Program-made: the position numbers and the translations under genes
The notes under the pieces: model-generated
Seen by the model: only the letters and a program-made list of their open reading frames with translations
Databases searched by the model: none
Told to the model about the DNA's origin: nothing
Assembly: GCF_004010195.1 (NCBI RefSeq)
Contig: NC_057746.1
Span: forward strand, 26,125,523-26,189,522
Length of the DNA stretch: 64,000 nt
Origin: Chiloscyllium plagiosum
Lineage: Eukaryota
Reading direction: 5' to 3'
Part shown: positions 48,401 to 56,494 of the stretch, one piece after another
Layout of the letters: each line of letters starts with the position of its first letter
Position numbering within the stretch: the stretch's first letter is position 1

Positions 48401-49862
48401 CTATTCTGCTCTAATGCATAGCTCCCTCAAGTGCTTCCCTACAAAGTTTGTCATGCGTCAGCAGACCTTGCAAAGCTATCCAAAAAAATCTGATGCGCAC
48501 CTGCACACATGTTTTTGAGCGAGATAGAACGAAAAGCAGAACGCAATCAGACAGTGATGTTGGTCCCTTTCCTCCTCGCTAACCCAGAAGCATCAAGATA
48601 ACTGTTGCTTACCTACCCAAACTCAACTCAAAGCAAATACTGTCTACCTGTATGTGAATCCAACATCTTGGGGAAGTCGGCAAGGCCACCAGATTTCTGT
48701 AGCATCCCTGCTGGCTTGTTAACACATTGTATTGCTGCATACCTCAAGTATGTTTCTGCAAAAATACCTTTCCATCATGGAGAGAGTAACATTGCCCTTC
48801 AGAAGGCACAAAAGTGTGTTTTTTTTTGAGAGAGTATTATCTGAAAGAGTAAATTAAGTGACTTCCAGAGGAAATATTTGAGTTCCACTTGCACCAAATA
48901 TTAAGCACCCCAGAATCCCACACTTCTTTTAAAAAGCTTAATAAAGTACCAAAGACTTGTTTATATAGCACTTTTCACAAGTTCACGACTTCACAGAGTG
49001 CTTTGCAGCCAATTAAGAACACTTCAAGTATAGTCACCACCGAAAAGCAAGAAACATGACAGCTGATTTGTGCACAACATCACACAAACAGCAGTGAAAT
49101 CAAGTCTAGTTCACCTATCTTGTTCTTAAGTGATAATTTTAGGGAGAGAAATCTTGATCAGAACCTTGGTTTGATGTCCGAGCTTCTCATAGTTCACACT
49201 GCCTCATGCTTTTAGGCTAGACACTTGTTAGAATTTCCTCCCATAATTCAGAAGACTTATAAAGAACAAAGTAATTTCCGAAGGGGAGCAGGAGAAAAAT
49301 ATTCAGAGTAACCTCAATATTAGTGATAGATGTGCCAATGAGGTGCACAAATATGACAAGTGCAGGTTTGTAACTACAATATATTCCAGATTAGACACAC
49401 AATGAAAGTACCTGAAGCACTCAACTCAAAACATATTGATCAGCGTCCATGTTAAGTTGCTGGAAATGCACAAGGCAAGGCGCAGCCACAGCACAAATGA
49501 TTTCAACGTTAAATACATGGTGAAGGATTTCTGTTTCCAGACCCCTCAGCAAATCATTGCCCAAACTGATTCTCCACCCCATTTCCTTTAGAGAACAGCA
49601 GCCAGGGAATGACATACATGCCTACTGAGCTCAGTTACATTTTGCTGCACTGTACTATCTCTAAGAATTGTACATCCTCAGCCTACATGCTAACTACAAA
49701 CATGGATGAATAAGGCAGAAGCAGCATGGGTCAATGGTGGGATTAACAAGATGGGGAAAAGACACAGTGAAACATAGAGGGCAAAGAAAAGACAGAACAC
49801 AAAGTTACCTGGATGGGACTCTGTTCCACATTGATGTGCACATCCATCGACGATCCATCACT
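354..49862 (-). CDS. BAG6: BAG6 (BAT3/Scythe), 5'-partial spliced CDS, 22 exons equivalent to human exons 5-25 including 11B
   Basis: Manual splicing gives a continuous 3216-nt frame with BAG6 hallmarks ([73 protein letters not shown]). All donors are GT, all acceptors AG, and phases agree. The N-terminal UBL exons were not found in the window. Confidence 0.97.
817..1433 (+). mobile_element. CR1-type LINE 3' fragment
   Basis: [15 protein letters not shown]...[20 protein letters not shown] and ctctatgact tail. Confidence 0.9.
1470..1780 (+). mobile_element. Old tRNA-derived SINE; related copies near 18630-18860 and 47945-48300
   Basis: Shared aaatcccac...gaatttgaatt...ctggttcact...gggaaggaaa...gtgactc blocks. 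Confidence 0.55.
2386..2532 (-). CDS. BAG6: BAG6 exon 24-equivalent (147 nt) [11 protein letters not shown]...QEAYRQQ (BAG-similar domain)
   Basis: cag acceptor, gtaaaa donor, phase 0-0. Confidence 0.96.
4433..4540 (-). CDS. BAG6: BAG6 exon 23-equivalent (108 nt) [36 protein letters not shown] (NLS / GET4-TRC35-binding region)
   Basis: cag acceptor, gtaatg donor; near-identical to human. Confidence 0.97.
4575..5075. repeat. Degenerate minisatellite, about 40-60 bp units with core ctgacccactgccc...cagtgcca(a)agggg
   Basis: About 11 recognisable copies in the intron between exons 22 and 23. Confidence 0.75.
5545..5685 (-). CDS. BAG6: BAG6 exon 22-equivalent (141 nt) [19 protein letters not shown]...EPWVAAVPP
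   Basis: cag acceptor, gtgagt donor; human ASPAPGTTAEEAMS...EPWAAAVPP. Confidence 0.95.
6152..6667 (-). mobile_element. CR1-type LINE 3' fragment
   Basis: Reverse complement of the same family as 817-1433 and 40838-42038. Confidence 0.88.
7353..7421 (-). CDS. BAG6: BAG6 exon 21-equivalent (69 nt) [23 protein letters not shown]
   Basis: cag acceptor, gtaaca donor, phase 0-0; acidic linker in the expected position, ends PQ like human; weak similarity. Confidence 0.82.
7455..7648 (-). mobile_element. HE1-like SINE 3' half
   Basis: cagtgtggaaacaggcccttcggccc tail plus partial core. Confidence 0.8.
7770..8002 (+). mobile_element. CR1-type LINE 3' end (other subfamily)
   Basis: gtatggaatgctctgccccagaaagctgtggaggcc ([12 protein letters not shown]) and gaatggcctactcctgc tail. 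Confidence 0.75.
8233..8397 (-). CDS. BAG6: BAG6 exon 20-equivalent (165 nt) [19 protein letters not shown]...PETQQ
   Basis: cag acceptor, gtaatc donor; conserved peptide. Confidence 0.96.
8670..9025 (+). mobile_element. CR1-type LINE 3' end with an internal 125-bp tandem duplication
   Basis: [12 protein letters not shown]-type sequence; units 8712-8836 and 8837-8959. Confidence 0.8.
9464..9652. mobile_element. Penelope-like fold-back relic with 14-bp TSD
   Basis: Arms 9471-9532 and 9538-9599; TSD cctcaggatgacta at 9450-9463 and 9653-9666; hammerhead core. Confidence 0.75.
9507..9540 (-). ncRNA. Hammerhead core with short stem I
   Basis: uuc CUGAUGA a GGGC-uuuu-GCCC GAAAC GUC^gau. Confidence 0.6.
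9894..10018 (-). CDS. BAG6: BAG6 exon 19-equivalent (125 nt) (D)[23 protein letters not shown]...INDRI
   Basis: cag acceptor, gtaagt donor; conserved peptide. Confidence 0.96.
10510..10612 (-). CDS. BAG6: BAG6 exon 18-equivalent (103 nt) [34 protein letters not shown]
   Basis: Rare gag acceptor, gtactg donor; human [26 protein letters not shown]. Confidence 0.93.
10710..11730 (-). mobile_element. CR1-type LINE, degenerate RT C-terminus
   Basis: [16 protein letters not shown]...SKFADDTK and [17 protein letters not shown]. Confidence 0.92.
11908..12172. mobile_element. Penelope-like fold-back relic with degenerate hammerheads
   Basis: Inverted arms about 11908-12006 and 12042-12140; same family as the 28360 and 34980 copies. 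Confidence 0.7.
12338..13050 (-). mobile_element. CR1-type LINE 3' fragment
   Basis: ORF 12513-13064 QRDLGVQVH...[17 protein letters not shown]. Confidence 0.92.
13607..13660 (-). CDS. BAG6: BAG6 exon 17-equivalent (54 nt) [18 protein letters not shown]
   Basis: tag acceptor, gtaagt donor; human MATHTLITGLEEYVRESF. Confidence 0.94.
14152..14321 (-). CDS. BAG6: BAG6 exon 16-equivalent (170 nt) (G)[17 protein letters not shown]...EQNIR
   Basis: cag acceptor, gtaagc donor; highly conserved peptide. Confidence 0.97.
14764..15082 (-). CDS. BAG6: BAG6 exon 15-equivalent (319 nt) AAQGAV...[15 protein letters not shown]...FEPGADGAL
   Basis: cag acceptor, gtgcgt donor, phase 1. Confidence 0.95.
15188..15605 (-). 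mobile_element. CR1-type LINE 3' fragment
   Basis: [21 protein letters not shown]. Confidence 0.9.
16080..16608 (-). mobile_element. CR1-type LINE 3' fragment (other subfamily)
   Basis: ggccattcggcccctcgagcctgctcc tail and gggaattccacagattc (LWNSLP on the minus strand). Confidence 0.75.
17250..17530. repeat. Three degenerate copies of ctctgcaaaaca..gcgaacaa.tccaaactcca.acccacc
   Basis: Copies near 17251, 17345 and 17482. Confidence 0.75.
17614..17933 (-). CDS. BAG6: BAG6 exon 14-equivalent (320 nt) ...[13 protein letters not shown]...[23 protein letters not shown]
   Basis: cag acceptor, gtgagg donor; conserved motifs after a T/S/A-rich stretch. Confidence 0.95.
18158..18510 (-). mobile_element. 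CR1-type LINE 3' fragment
   Basis: agagtcatagagatgtacagca tail shared with the 15188, 40838 and 53082 copies. Confidence 0.88.
19569..19707 (-). CDS. BAG6: BAG6 exon 13-equivalent (139 nt) [18 protein letters not shown]...[19 protein letters not shown]
   Basis: cag acceptor, gtaagt donor; [17 protein letters not shown] motif. Confidence 0.95.
19840..20147 (+). mobile_element. HE1-like V-SINE (tRNA-derived)
   Basis: B box ggttcgattcc, V-domain tgtgtggagtttgcacattctccc...cccacagtccaaaga, CR1-like tail with (tctaa)n. Confidence 0.9.
20372..20880 (+). mobile_element. CR1-type LINE 3' fragment
   Basis: gtgtacagttctggtc...tggaatgagttgccagaggaagtgg. Confidence 0.88.
20947..21059 (-). CDS. BAG6: BAG6 exon 12-equivalent (113 nt) (G)[19 protein letters not shown]...PGPQ
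   Basis: Tandem cagcag acceptor (alternative start 21062), gtaact donor; human GQQVPGFPTAPTRVVIARP. Confidence 0.93.
22052..22170 (-). mobile_element. Penelope-like terminal fragment of a second family (GAAAGCUA-type hammerhead, mutated)
   Basis: Minus strand CUGAUGA a GGAGC-ggc-GCUCC uAAAGCUA; shares caggttatag-ccaacaggttta with the 37870 copy. Confidence 0.6.
22690..24750 (+). mobile_element. Old CR1 remnant including the ORF1 esterase region and decayed ORF2
   Basis: Frameshifted [11 protein letters not shown]...IISGLLPE-like sequence typical of CR1 ORF1 SGNH esterase. Confidence 0.55.
25949..26053 (-). CDS. BAG6: BAG6 exon 11B-equivalent (105 nt) (G)[34 protein letters not shown]
   Basis: cag acceptor, gtatgg donor, phase 1-1; resembles the mammalian alternative exon 11B peptide (IQLPSLPPEFMHAVAHQITHQAM). 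Confidence 0.92.
26180..26360. mobile_element. Penelope-like fold-back relic with 15-bp TSD
   Basis: 52-nt arms 26255-26306 and 26308-26359 with one mismatch; TSD acttgaaatgaggta at 26165-26179 and 26361-26375. Confidence 0.8.
26271..26310 (-). ncRNA. Minimal type I hammerhead ribozyme motif, intact core
   Basis: Minus strand reads ggaauc CUGAAGA a GGGC-ucau-GCCC GAAAC GUC^gauucu: 6-bp stem I (one G-U), 4-bp stem II, palindromic ACGU stem III. Confidence 0.8.
26505..27012 (-). mobile_element. CR1-type LINE 3' fragment
   Basis: [25 protein letters not shown]. Confidence 0.9.
27236..27640. mobile_element. Penelope-like fold-back relic with ORF C-terminal remnant
   Basis: Inverted arms of about 200 nt; [11 protein letters not shown]-type peptide on the minus strand; hammerhead remnants in both arms. 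Confidence 0.7.
28358..28505 (+). mobile_element. Penelope-like terminal repeat fragment
   Basis: Shares ccttccagctcagcgagcaaac...cctcaacctgagctacaaa with the 12120 and 35110 copies. Confidence 0.7.
28378..28417 (+). ncRNA. Minimal type I hammerhead ribozyme motif, stem III mutated
   Basis: cca CUGAAGA u GUUGCC-uaguag-GGUGAC GAAAC UUC^ugg; stem I cca/ugg. Confidence 0.65.
30348..30410 (-). CDS. BAG6: BAG6 exon 11-equivalent (63 nt) (D)[20 protein letters not shown]
   Basis: tag acceptor with pyrimidine tract, ag|gtaagt donor, phase 1-1, open frame beginning DS as in human exon 11; similarity otherwise weak. Confidence 0.82.
31488..31737 (-). CDS. BAG6: BAG6 exon 10-equivalent (250 nt) INVGTTVTM...[24 protein letters not shown]
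   Basis: Tandem cagcag acceptor (alternative start 31740), gtatgg donor, phase 1. Confidence 0.94.
32134..32328 (-). CDS. BAG6: BAG6 exon 9-equivalent (195 nt) [11 protein letters not shown]...QQAVPIQ
   Basis: cag acceptor, gtgagt donor; highly conserved peptide. Confidence 0.97.
32740..32918. mobile_element. Older Penelope-like fold-back relic; related decayed copies near 16690-16870, 21380-21560, 24760-24940, 37260-37390 and 58160-58295
   Basis: tgctggaggaactcagcagg...gagttcctccagca inverted arms; remnants of tcatcag and gaaatgttaac. Confidence 0.55.
33965..34094 (-). CDS. BAG6: BAG6 exon 8-equivalent (130 nt) [11 protein letters not shown]...DYNNN
   Basis: cag acceptor, gtatgc donor; strong similarity to human HPSPAEYVEVLQELQRLE. 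Confidence 0.96.
34410..34835 (+). mobile_element. Old Deu-type SINE (SacSINE/AmnSINE-like); related copies near 57150-57590 (+) and 51190-51580 (-)
   Basis: tRNA-like head, gcagtactgaggaaatgctgcactg core, tctttcttt tail; family name inferred. Confidence 0.5.
34980..35178. mobile_element. Penelope-like fold-back relic
   Basis: Arms about 34980-35046 and 35064-35130, each with a hammerhead core. Confidence 0.75.
35062..35101 (+). ncRNA. Minimal type I hammerhead ribozyme motif
   Basis: uca CUGAUGA u GUUACC-uaguac-GGUGAC GAAAU GUC^uga; stem I uca/uga; a second core (CUGAAGA...GAAACGUC) lies on the minus strand at 35009-35048. Confidence 0.7.
36255..36500. repeat. Tandem duplication, 125/121 bp
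   Basis: Units 36255-36379 and 36380-36500; differ by a 4-bp indel and a substitution. Confidence 0.92.
36775..37076 (-). mobile_element. HE1-like V-SINE
   Basis: Reverse complement of the 19840 family. Confidence 0.9.
37868..38056. mobile_element. Penelope-like fold-back relic, second family
   Basis: Inverted arms around ccgatgaaggga-ctatgc-tccgaaagctt; imperfect 13-bp TSD catttaaaacaaa (37855-37867) / cattaaaaacaaa (38057-38069). Confidence 0.65.
38694..38881. mobile_element. Tc1/mariner-pogo (Tigger-like) MITE
   Basis: TA flanks; imperfect TIRs caggttgctctggtataatgcg / cgcgttatagcagaacgtactg. Confidence 0.65.
39987..40261 (-). CDS. BAG6: BAG6 exon 7-equivalent (275 nt) [13 protein letters not shown]...EEALPGP
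   Basis: cag acceptor, aa|gtaagt phase-2 donor that joins the next exon to give PN-HPSP as in human; low-complexity P/S/T/A. Confidence 0.9.
40838..42038 (-). mobile_element. Young 5'-truncated CR1-type LINE with an uninterrupted 322-codon RT C-terminal frame (40914-41882)
   Basis: [38 protein letters not shown]; no stops over 969 nt. Confidence 0.96.
42555..42847 (-). mobile_element. Penelope-like fragment with partial direct terminal repeat
   Basis: The aaagtgaggactgc-gatgct start recurs at about 42826; degenerate hammerhead at 42642-42681 on the minus strand. Confidence 0.65.
43814..44075 (-). mobile_element. HE1-like V-SINE (5' truncated)
   Basis: ggactgtgggaggaaaccggagcacccggaggaaaccc core. 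Confidence 0.88.
44500..44920 (+). mobile_element. CR1-type LINE 3' fragment, degenerate
   Basis: KIMRDMD...[20 protein letters not shown]. Confidence 0.75.
46045..46119 (-). CDS. BAG6: BAG6 exon 6-equivalent (75 nt) [25 protein letters not shown]
   Basis: cag acceptor, gtgagg donor; close match to the human peptide. Confidence 0.96.
49809..49862 (-). CDS. BAG6: BAG6 exon 5-equivalent (54 nt) [18 protein letters not shown]
   Basis: aag acceptor after a pyrimidine tract, gtaact donor; human SDGSAVDVHINMEQAPIQ. Confidence 0.93.
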
Positions 49863-52800
49863 CTTCAGGAGTGCAAAGGGGAGGGAAGGAAGGAAGGAAG
49901 GAAGGAAAAAAGCACCAATCACAAAATAAGCAGCTACTCCCAGCCTCGATGCACCTGTAAGGAGCACCCTACCTGCGAATCTCAGCCTAGGTTACTGGCA
50001 CAACTAGCAAGAGGGGCCCTATCGCATACAGGCGTGAGAAAACAGGCTGAATCTTCCACCTCAACTTCACCTTCTCGTACTATCTTAGAAACAAAGGGAA
50101 TCAACGAAACCTGACCTGAACATACTCAAGAATTGAGGATTCACAGATCTCTTGGTTAGAATTCAAAAATTCACCACCTTTCAACTGAGAAACTTTTTCT
50201 TCACATTTGCCCTGAATGTCCAACCACTTACCAAAGCAGTGAGTATCCCTAGCTTAGATGAAATGTCCTCCCAGCATCTACGTTATCAAGCCCAAAAGAA
50301 TTTTATATGTTTCAACAAGATCACCTTTCATGTTTCCAAACTGCAGAAAAATGAGGCCTAACTGACTTCATGTTCCTCGCAAGGTAATGCGCTAATTCAG
50401 AGTCAGTCAAGTAAACCACTTTTAAGCCAAGGTTATCTTCCCTTAGGTAAGGAGACCAAAACTGTACACAGCACAATGGACACACGTTAGCATGGCTCAC
50501 AGCTCAGGGCTTCCTGCGTAGTCAGAAAAAGATCATGAGGCAGCCGCACATGTACTGTGCAGTGAGCACTCTCTCAGGCACTATCAACATTCCTCTCCAG
50601 GAATAGGGAATAAATCACCTCAGAGTTTTAGTTGAAGCGTGCAGCTGGTCAACGCAGTTATGAAAAAGCTACAATTTTACCTGAAGCCCCTGCACAATAC
50701 TGCCTTATCAAAAGAACATACAATTTCTCTTACACGTGCATGGGCAATGGTGAATGAGCTTTAAAACTGACTGCAATTTCAGACATTTCTGGGAAAGGTG
50801 AAAGGTCATTGTATAAATGTACGTTTACTTCACATTCTGACTACACCATCAGGTATGAAGTGAAAGGAGACAATTCCATTGTCATCAGGTTTTCAGTGAG
50901 GTATGGAGTCTTTGCTATTGCTGTTGTATTTGAAACAGCAGCATTGATAACAAGGCAGCTGAATCAATTCATTGCCCAATGGCACATGCGTGCATTTCTA
51001 TGTCACCCAGCTCTAGCCAAGGCATAGTCTTGGACTGGCCAAGGTTAGTTAATTCCTTCAATTCCACAGTTAACGGTAGTATCTTTGTCCTTACAAAGGC
51101 AGCAACAGCCAACTGCTGACTGCCTGAAATTGTTGTGACCCTCCCTTCCCAATAAAGACTGCCTGGGATTATTTTGCCTTATAAACTGCCACAAAGATTT
51201 ATGTGGTGCATTTCACATCCTCAGGACATCTTACAAAGTGTCCTACAGCCACTGATGCACTTCTGGAGATGTAGTTACTGCTGTAACATGGAAACATGCA
51301 GCAATCAACTTGCGTAGTGCCACTTCCTACAAATAGCATCAAGTTAGATCCAGATTATCTGCTTTAGGAGATGTTTGAGGGATGAATGTATGTCAGGACA
51401 CCAGGACATATCCTCTGCCTTGAGATCTTTTATATCCACCTGAAAGGGGAGAATTGCACTTTAACATCTGATCCAAAGATGACTAACTCAAGCAGTGCAC
51501 TAGGAATGTGCACATAGATTATTCATTCAAGTCTTAGGAATGGTGCTTCAGCCTGCATACCTGATTTAACCACATATAGAATAGTGAGTGAGGAAAAAAA
51601 GCACAATATATTCAACAACAAATACAGAAATAGTGAAGGTAATGGCTTCAAATGAAAAACAGATTGAAAACTTCAAGTGCAGTTTGACTTCATCTGAACT
51701 GAAAGGAGCTGGAAAATGGTGTTTTTTAATGCAGCAGACAGAGCGGCACGAACAGGAGGAAGCCGAACTGACTGTGAACGTGCCCAGAGCAAAAGACCAA
51801 GGTCGTGAACAATAATGGTAAAGAGGAATTAGGTATGTGAAGTAGGTGTAAAAAGAAAAACGGAGTGCAGAACTAACATCACATGGACGCTGCCTTCTGA
51901 TCTAAAGGTTGGATTAGGAGAGAGAAAATTCAGAAAGGAAACTTACAGAAGGCAGTGAGAAATGACAACTGACAGAACTGAATGAATGAATGAAACAAAG
52001 AGAAAAAGTGAGGCTGAAATATCAACTAAAACACCACTGACAATCCTGCTGGTGCACAGGCCAGCTATCATCGCGAAAGGTTTAAGATTTCAAACAACAT
52101 ACTTTGTCACAGCAAAGCTCTCTTTTACAGAATGGTTAACGTTGTGCATTCTTGGAATATTTTTGCTTTAAATCAGTCAGTGGAAGGTTAATTCAGAATG
52201 ATTGATGGAATCCAGCAGAGTGTGTTTTAAGCAGTTTGGCCAATTTGTTTTCATGTTTGTAAAGAATACAAAGATTACTTGATAAACATCTCAAGAAGTT
52301 CATCAATGTTTCAGAACCAGAAACAATAGATTAGATTTAACGAGTTCTCCTTCCTTTCAAATAGCAATCACATTTAATTACATCTTCATGTCCCTTCTTA
52401 AGGAAAAAAAATCTTCCTTTCTTTAATTCACTGTTGGGATGTTGACTTGAACTGCTGTAGTCCATGTGGTGGAGGCTGTTTGAGTGCTGTTTGAAATAGA
52501 GTTCCAGGGTGTTGACTAAATAATGGCCATATATTTCCAAGCCACAATGGTGCATGGCTTGGAGAACTTGCAGGTGATAACGTTCGCACGAGCCAAGTTC
52601 TAAATCATCGCAAAATTTATCTTGTTCTTTCAGTGAAAAACGTTCTAATTCTAAACTTTCTGCTTCAGAACTGGCAACCCTGACAGGTGACCCGCAAGTT
52701 TCCTCAAAGAAATGCCGCGAATCATCCTGCACGTTTCCATTCCATCACAGCCGTTGCACTGCTCTACTCCACAGAAGACATCATGATGTTGTCTTAACCT

Positions 52801-53081
52801 TTTTGGTCCTGGGTTCATTAAATCCCATTCAGCACAGGGAGCTCCAAGATTGCGTCACCACAGCGATGTTAAGCCGAGCACAAGATGCTTTCTCAGAATC
52901 GCTGGCCGGCATGTGAGGAACTTGGTAAAAGCTCCCCAATCATCACTACATGGTGACTCCTTCTGGAGGCACGAGTAATTGAGGATAACTATCAGAATCT
53001 AGAAAACTGGCCAATATGATGGAACGATGCGATGCTCACTCTTCACACTGAGGCATGAACAATGCCCCCTTGCAGCAAGAT

Positions 53082-53693
53082 ATAGAGTCATAGAGACGTA
53101 CAGCACAGAAACAAACCCTTCAGTCCAACTCGTCCATGCCGACCACATATCCCAACCCAATCTAGTCCCACCTGCCAGCACCTGGCCCATATCCCTCCAA
53201 ACTCTTCCTATTCATATACCCATCCAAATGCCTTTTAAATGTTGCAAGTGTACCAGCCTCCACCACTCCCCTCTGGCAGCTCATTCCATATACGTACCAC
53301 TCTCTGAATGAAAAAGTTGCCCCTTAGGTCTCTTAGATCTTTCCCCTCTCACCCTAAACCTGTGCCTTCTAGCTCTGGAATCTCCGACCCCAGGGAAAAG
53401 ACTTTGCCTATTTACCCTATCCATGCCTCTCATGATTTTATAAACCGCTATAAGGTCACCCCTCAGCCTCTGACGCTCCAGGGAAAACAGCCCTAGCCTA
53501 TTCAACCTCTCCCTATAGCTCAAATCCTCCAACACTGGCAACATCCTTGTAAATCTTTACTGAATCCTTTCACGTCTCACAACATCTTTCCGATAGGAAG
53601 GAGACTAGAACTGCATGCAATATTCCAACAGTGGTCTAACCAATGTCCTGTACAACTGCAACATGACCTCCCAACTCCTGTATTCAATACTCT
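53082..53693 (-). mobile_element. CR1-type LINE 3' fragment
   Basis: [33 protein letters not shown]. Confidence 0.92.
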
Positions 53694-54179
53694 GTTAGAG
53701 AGGACCTGTGAAACCATACCCCATGGAAGGCGTTATTTTCAGAGATGCAAGTTACTGGATTATTTTTTAAATGCATTTTATTCTCAATAGCTGGAACACA
53801 CTTGTATAAGTAGGTGACCAGAAATGCTACAAATGCAGCGAATAGAGTCTGACCAATGCCCTGTAGGGTATTCATACATTTTTTCATTTGTCTCGAGCCT
53901 CGTACATCACCTATCTTTCTGGAACTGTAATGAAAACAGACCATAAAACAGGAGTGGGGTGCAGGAGGGTGACAAGGAGTATTAATCTGCTTAAGGTTCA
54001 ATGAATTGTTCGATTAGTAAGGAGAGCTAAGTTTAGAACATTCTATATTGTACCTTCCAAAATACATTTGCTGAGATATATTGCTACAATGAAATAAAGG
54101 CCATATGGATGCATCAGCAATACTGGATAGAATGGTCTTCCATAATTCATCATATGATCTGAAACAAGGCAGTAGCTGA

Positions 54180-55658
54180 TGTTGTGATCGGAATGAGGTC
54201 AGCCAGATGGAGCCCAAAGAATGAGTTCCCTGACTGGGGCTGTTAATCTGCTCCAATCAGGGAGCCCTGGCTGACAGGAGTGTCAGACATCCCTGCTCAC
54301 AATGAGGGCCAGCTCTGAGAAAGGTGGACCAGTGTCACGGATTCCCCATATGCAGGTGACAGGATGTCGGTCTCCATGGAGTTTCTTCAGTGGCAACAAG
54401 GGAAGAGCACGCACCTGAAGAAATTCGCTTGTAACAGACGCAACTTTGAGCTGGGTTAAGCGTTTGTGTCATCATGCAGTGACCTGGGAAGTTCGACTTG
54501 TTCGATCTTGAAAACTGGGACCCAAAGGAATGCATTACTTTTTCTGGGCAAAGGACATTTGGGCTGACAAAAAGCATTGAGTGATTCACCTGATAGCTCA
54601 TGAACTGGCAGCTTTTTTGGTTATTAGGAGCCCAATTTTCCCAGACGCACCAGATATTTTTCAAGAGCTGACAGATTTAGTCAAAAAAATATTATGACCC
54701 CAAGCCGTCTCTAACTCTGTGATGCTATCAGTTTTACAAGGCTATTCAAAAATTGGAATCCCTGTTCGGATTTTTGACTAGGTTAAGATGACTGGCAGAA
54801 GCAGGTGACTTTGGTTCAACCCTTAATGAGATGCTGAGGCACCATTTGGCATGTGGGATTAATGATGCAAAAGCTCCTACTAGCTGAAGCCCAACTGGAC
54901 TTTAACCAGGCACTACAACTGGCTTTATCATTGGAAAATGCGGTAAACATAGTATACAAGTTACAGGGTACTCTCATGCAAGAGGACACCCTTGCCAGAC
55001 TGGGAAGGGACAGACAGCATCAGGAAGGTCAATGGCAGACACAAGGCTCCGCTAAGTGAGAGAGACAGTTTACTTCAGGGGGCAAAGTTTGGTGTCCGAA
55101 CCATGGGAATGGGCCTGCATGGGGAAAAGACGCAAGGTCAGGTCCAAAGATGCTGCAAACTTGCAAACGTGGCAAGAGCAAAATGTGCTTTGCCCTTGGC
55201 TACCTTTCTGATTGTTCTGGAACCTGTGGGTTCTACCTTTCCGTCAAGTGTAGACGTAACCTCAAGAGTCTGAGATGGACACAGCGCATGTCACTGCCTC
55301 GACATCTTTGCCGCCTGACGAGGAGAATGAATTTCTTCAGAGATGCTCTGGGTGAAACAGGTGAGTTACTGTGTTTGTATCCCAAGGCAGAGTTGGAGGA
55401 ACCTGATCCGATACTAAAATGCTCCAGGAGGAGCTACAAAAAGATACGGCTGTGGACTTAACAGAGAGGGATGTAGCGATTGTAACAAATTCAGCTGTGT
55501 GTACCTTACAGAATGAGTTCCCTGACTGGGCTTGTTAATCTGGTCTAATCAGGCAGCACTGTCTGACAGATATAAACAGGAGTGTCAGAGGTCCTGTTCA
55601 CTCAGAGCTCTGTGTAAATTAAGGGCAACAGGATACTGGCCTCAGTGGAGTTATGTCA
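54180..55658 (+). mobile_element. Internally deleted Gypsy-like LTR retrotransposon
   Basis: LTRs 54180-54389 and 55472-55658 (TG..CA, shared gaatgagttccctgactggg...tgttaatctg), TGG primer-site-like motif at 54391, purine tract before the 3' LTR, gag-like remnant (QKLLLAEAQLDFNQALQLA), flanks gctga/gctca. Confidence 0.75.
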
Positions 55659-55890
55659 GCTCAGGCTTTCAATGTCTGTGGAATGAAAAGGGATTGATAA
55701 ATGAGGGGAGAAGGAAATCCAGCCAAGAGACATGTGCTTAATTGTTCTCGAGACTCCAGTCATAATCTGTTGATAAGCAAATCAATATATTTTTTTTTAA
55801 AAAAAGGAAAGGTGACATGTGCAGACGTATGGAGAAACAGCAGGGGATTATGGGGCTGTTAGGTACTATTTTCAGAGAGCTGGAACAAGC

Positions 55891-56155
55891 ATAATAGGCT
55901 GAATGGTCTCCTGTGCTGCAAGATGCAAATGCAAGCCATGTGTGCGCTCCAGAGATGGCATATATCTCTGAAATTAAATTGATTTTTAAGGCTCACTCTC
56001 TTGCCAAATACAGCAAAATACCATAGTAGGATGAATGGTCTCCTGTGCTGCAAGATGCAAATGCAAGCCATGTGTGCGCTCCAGTGATGGCATATATCCC
56101 TGAAATTAAATTGATTTTTAAGGCTCACTCTCTTGCCAAATACAGCAAAATACCA
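55891..56155. repeat. Tandem duplication, 132 bp
   Basis: Units start at 55891 and 56023; a few substitutions. Confidence 0.92.
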
Positions 56156-56325
56156 AAGGACACTGCAGGCAACTGTACTACATCAGTGCACTGTACTTCA
56201 CATCTACTGACTCAATTCTTTGCACTGTTCAATTTCAGAATTTTGAGGGAATAGGTTTGCAAGCACCTGTGTTTCAAAACTGTCAAAGGAAGACTGACAT
56301 TAATCAAGGGTATTCAGATACTTTA

Positions 56326-56494
56326 AGGAGAAAGTGAGGACTGCAGATCAGAGCTGAAAATGTGTTGCTGGAAAAGCACAGCAGGTCAGGCAGCATCCAA
56401 GGAACAGGAGGATCGAAGGGCTTATGCCCGAAACGTCGATTCTCCTGCTCCTTGGATGCTGCCTGACCTTTTCCAGCAACACATTTTCAGCTCT
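56326..56494. mobile_element. Penelope-like fold-back relic with 15-bp TSD, centre deleted
   Basis: TSD tattcagatacttta at 56311-56325 and 56495-56509; same family as the 26180 copy; retains GGGC-ttat-GCCC GAAACGTC but not CTGANGA. Confidence 0.78.
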
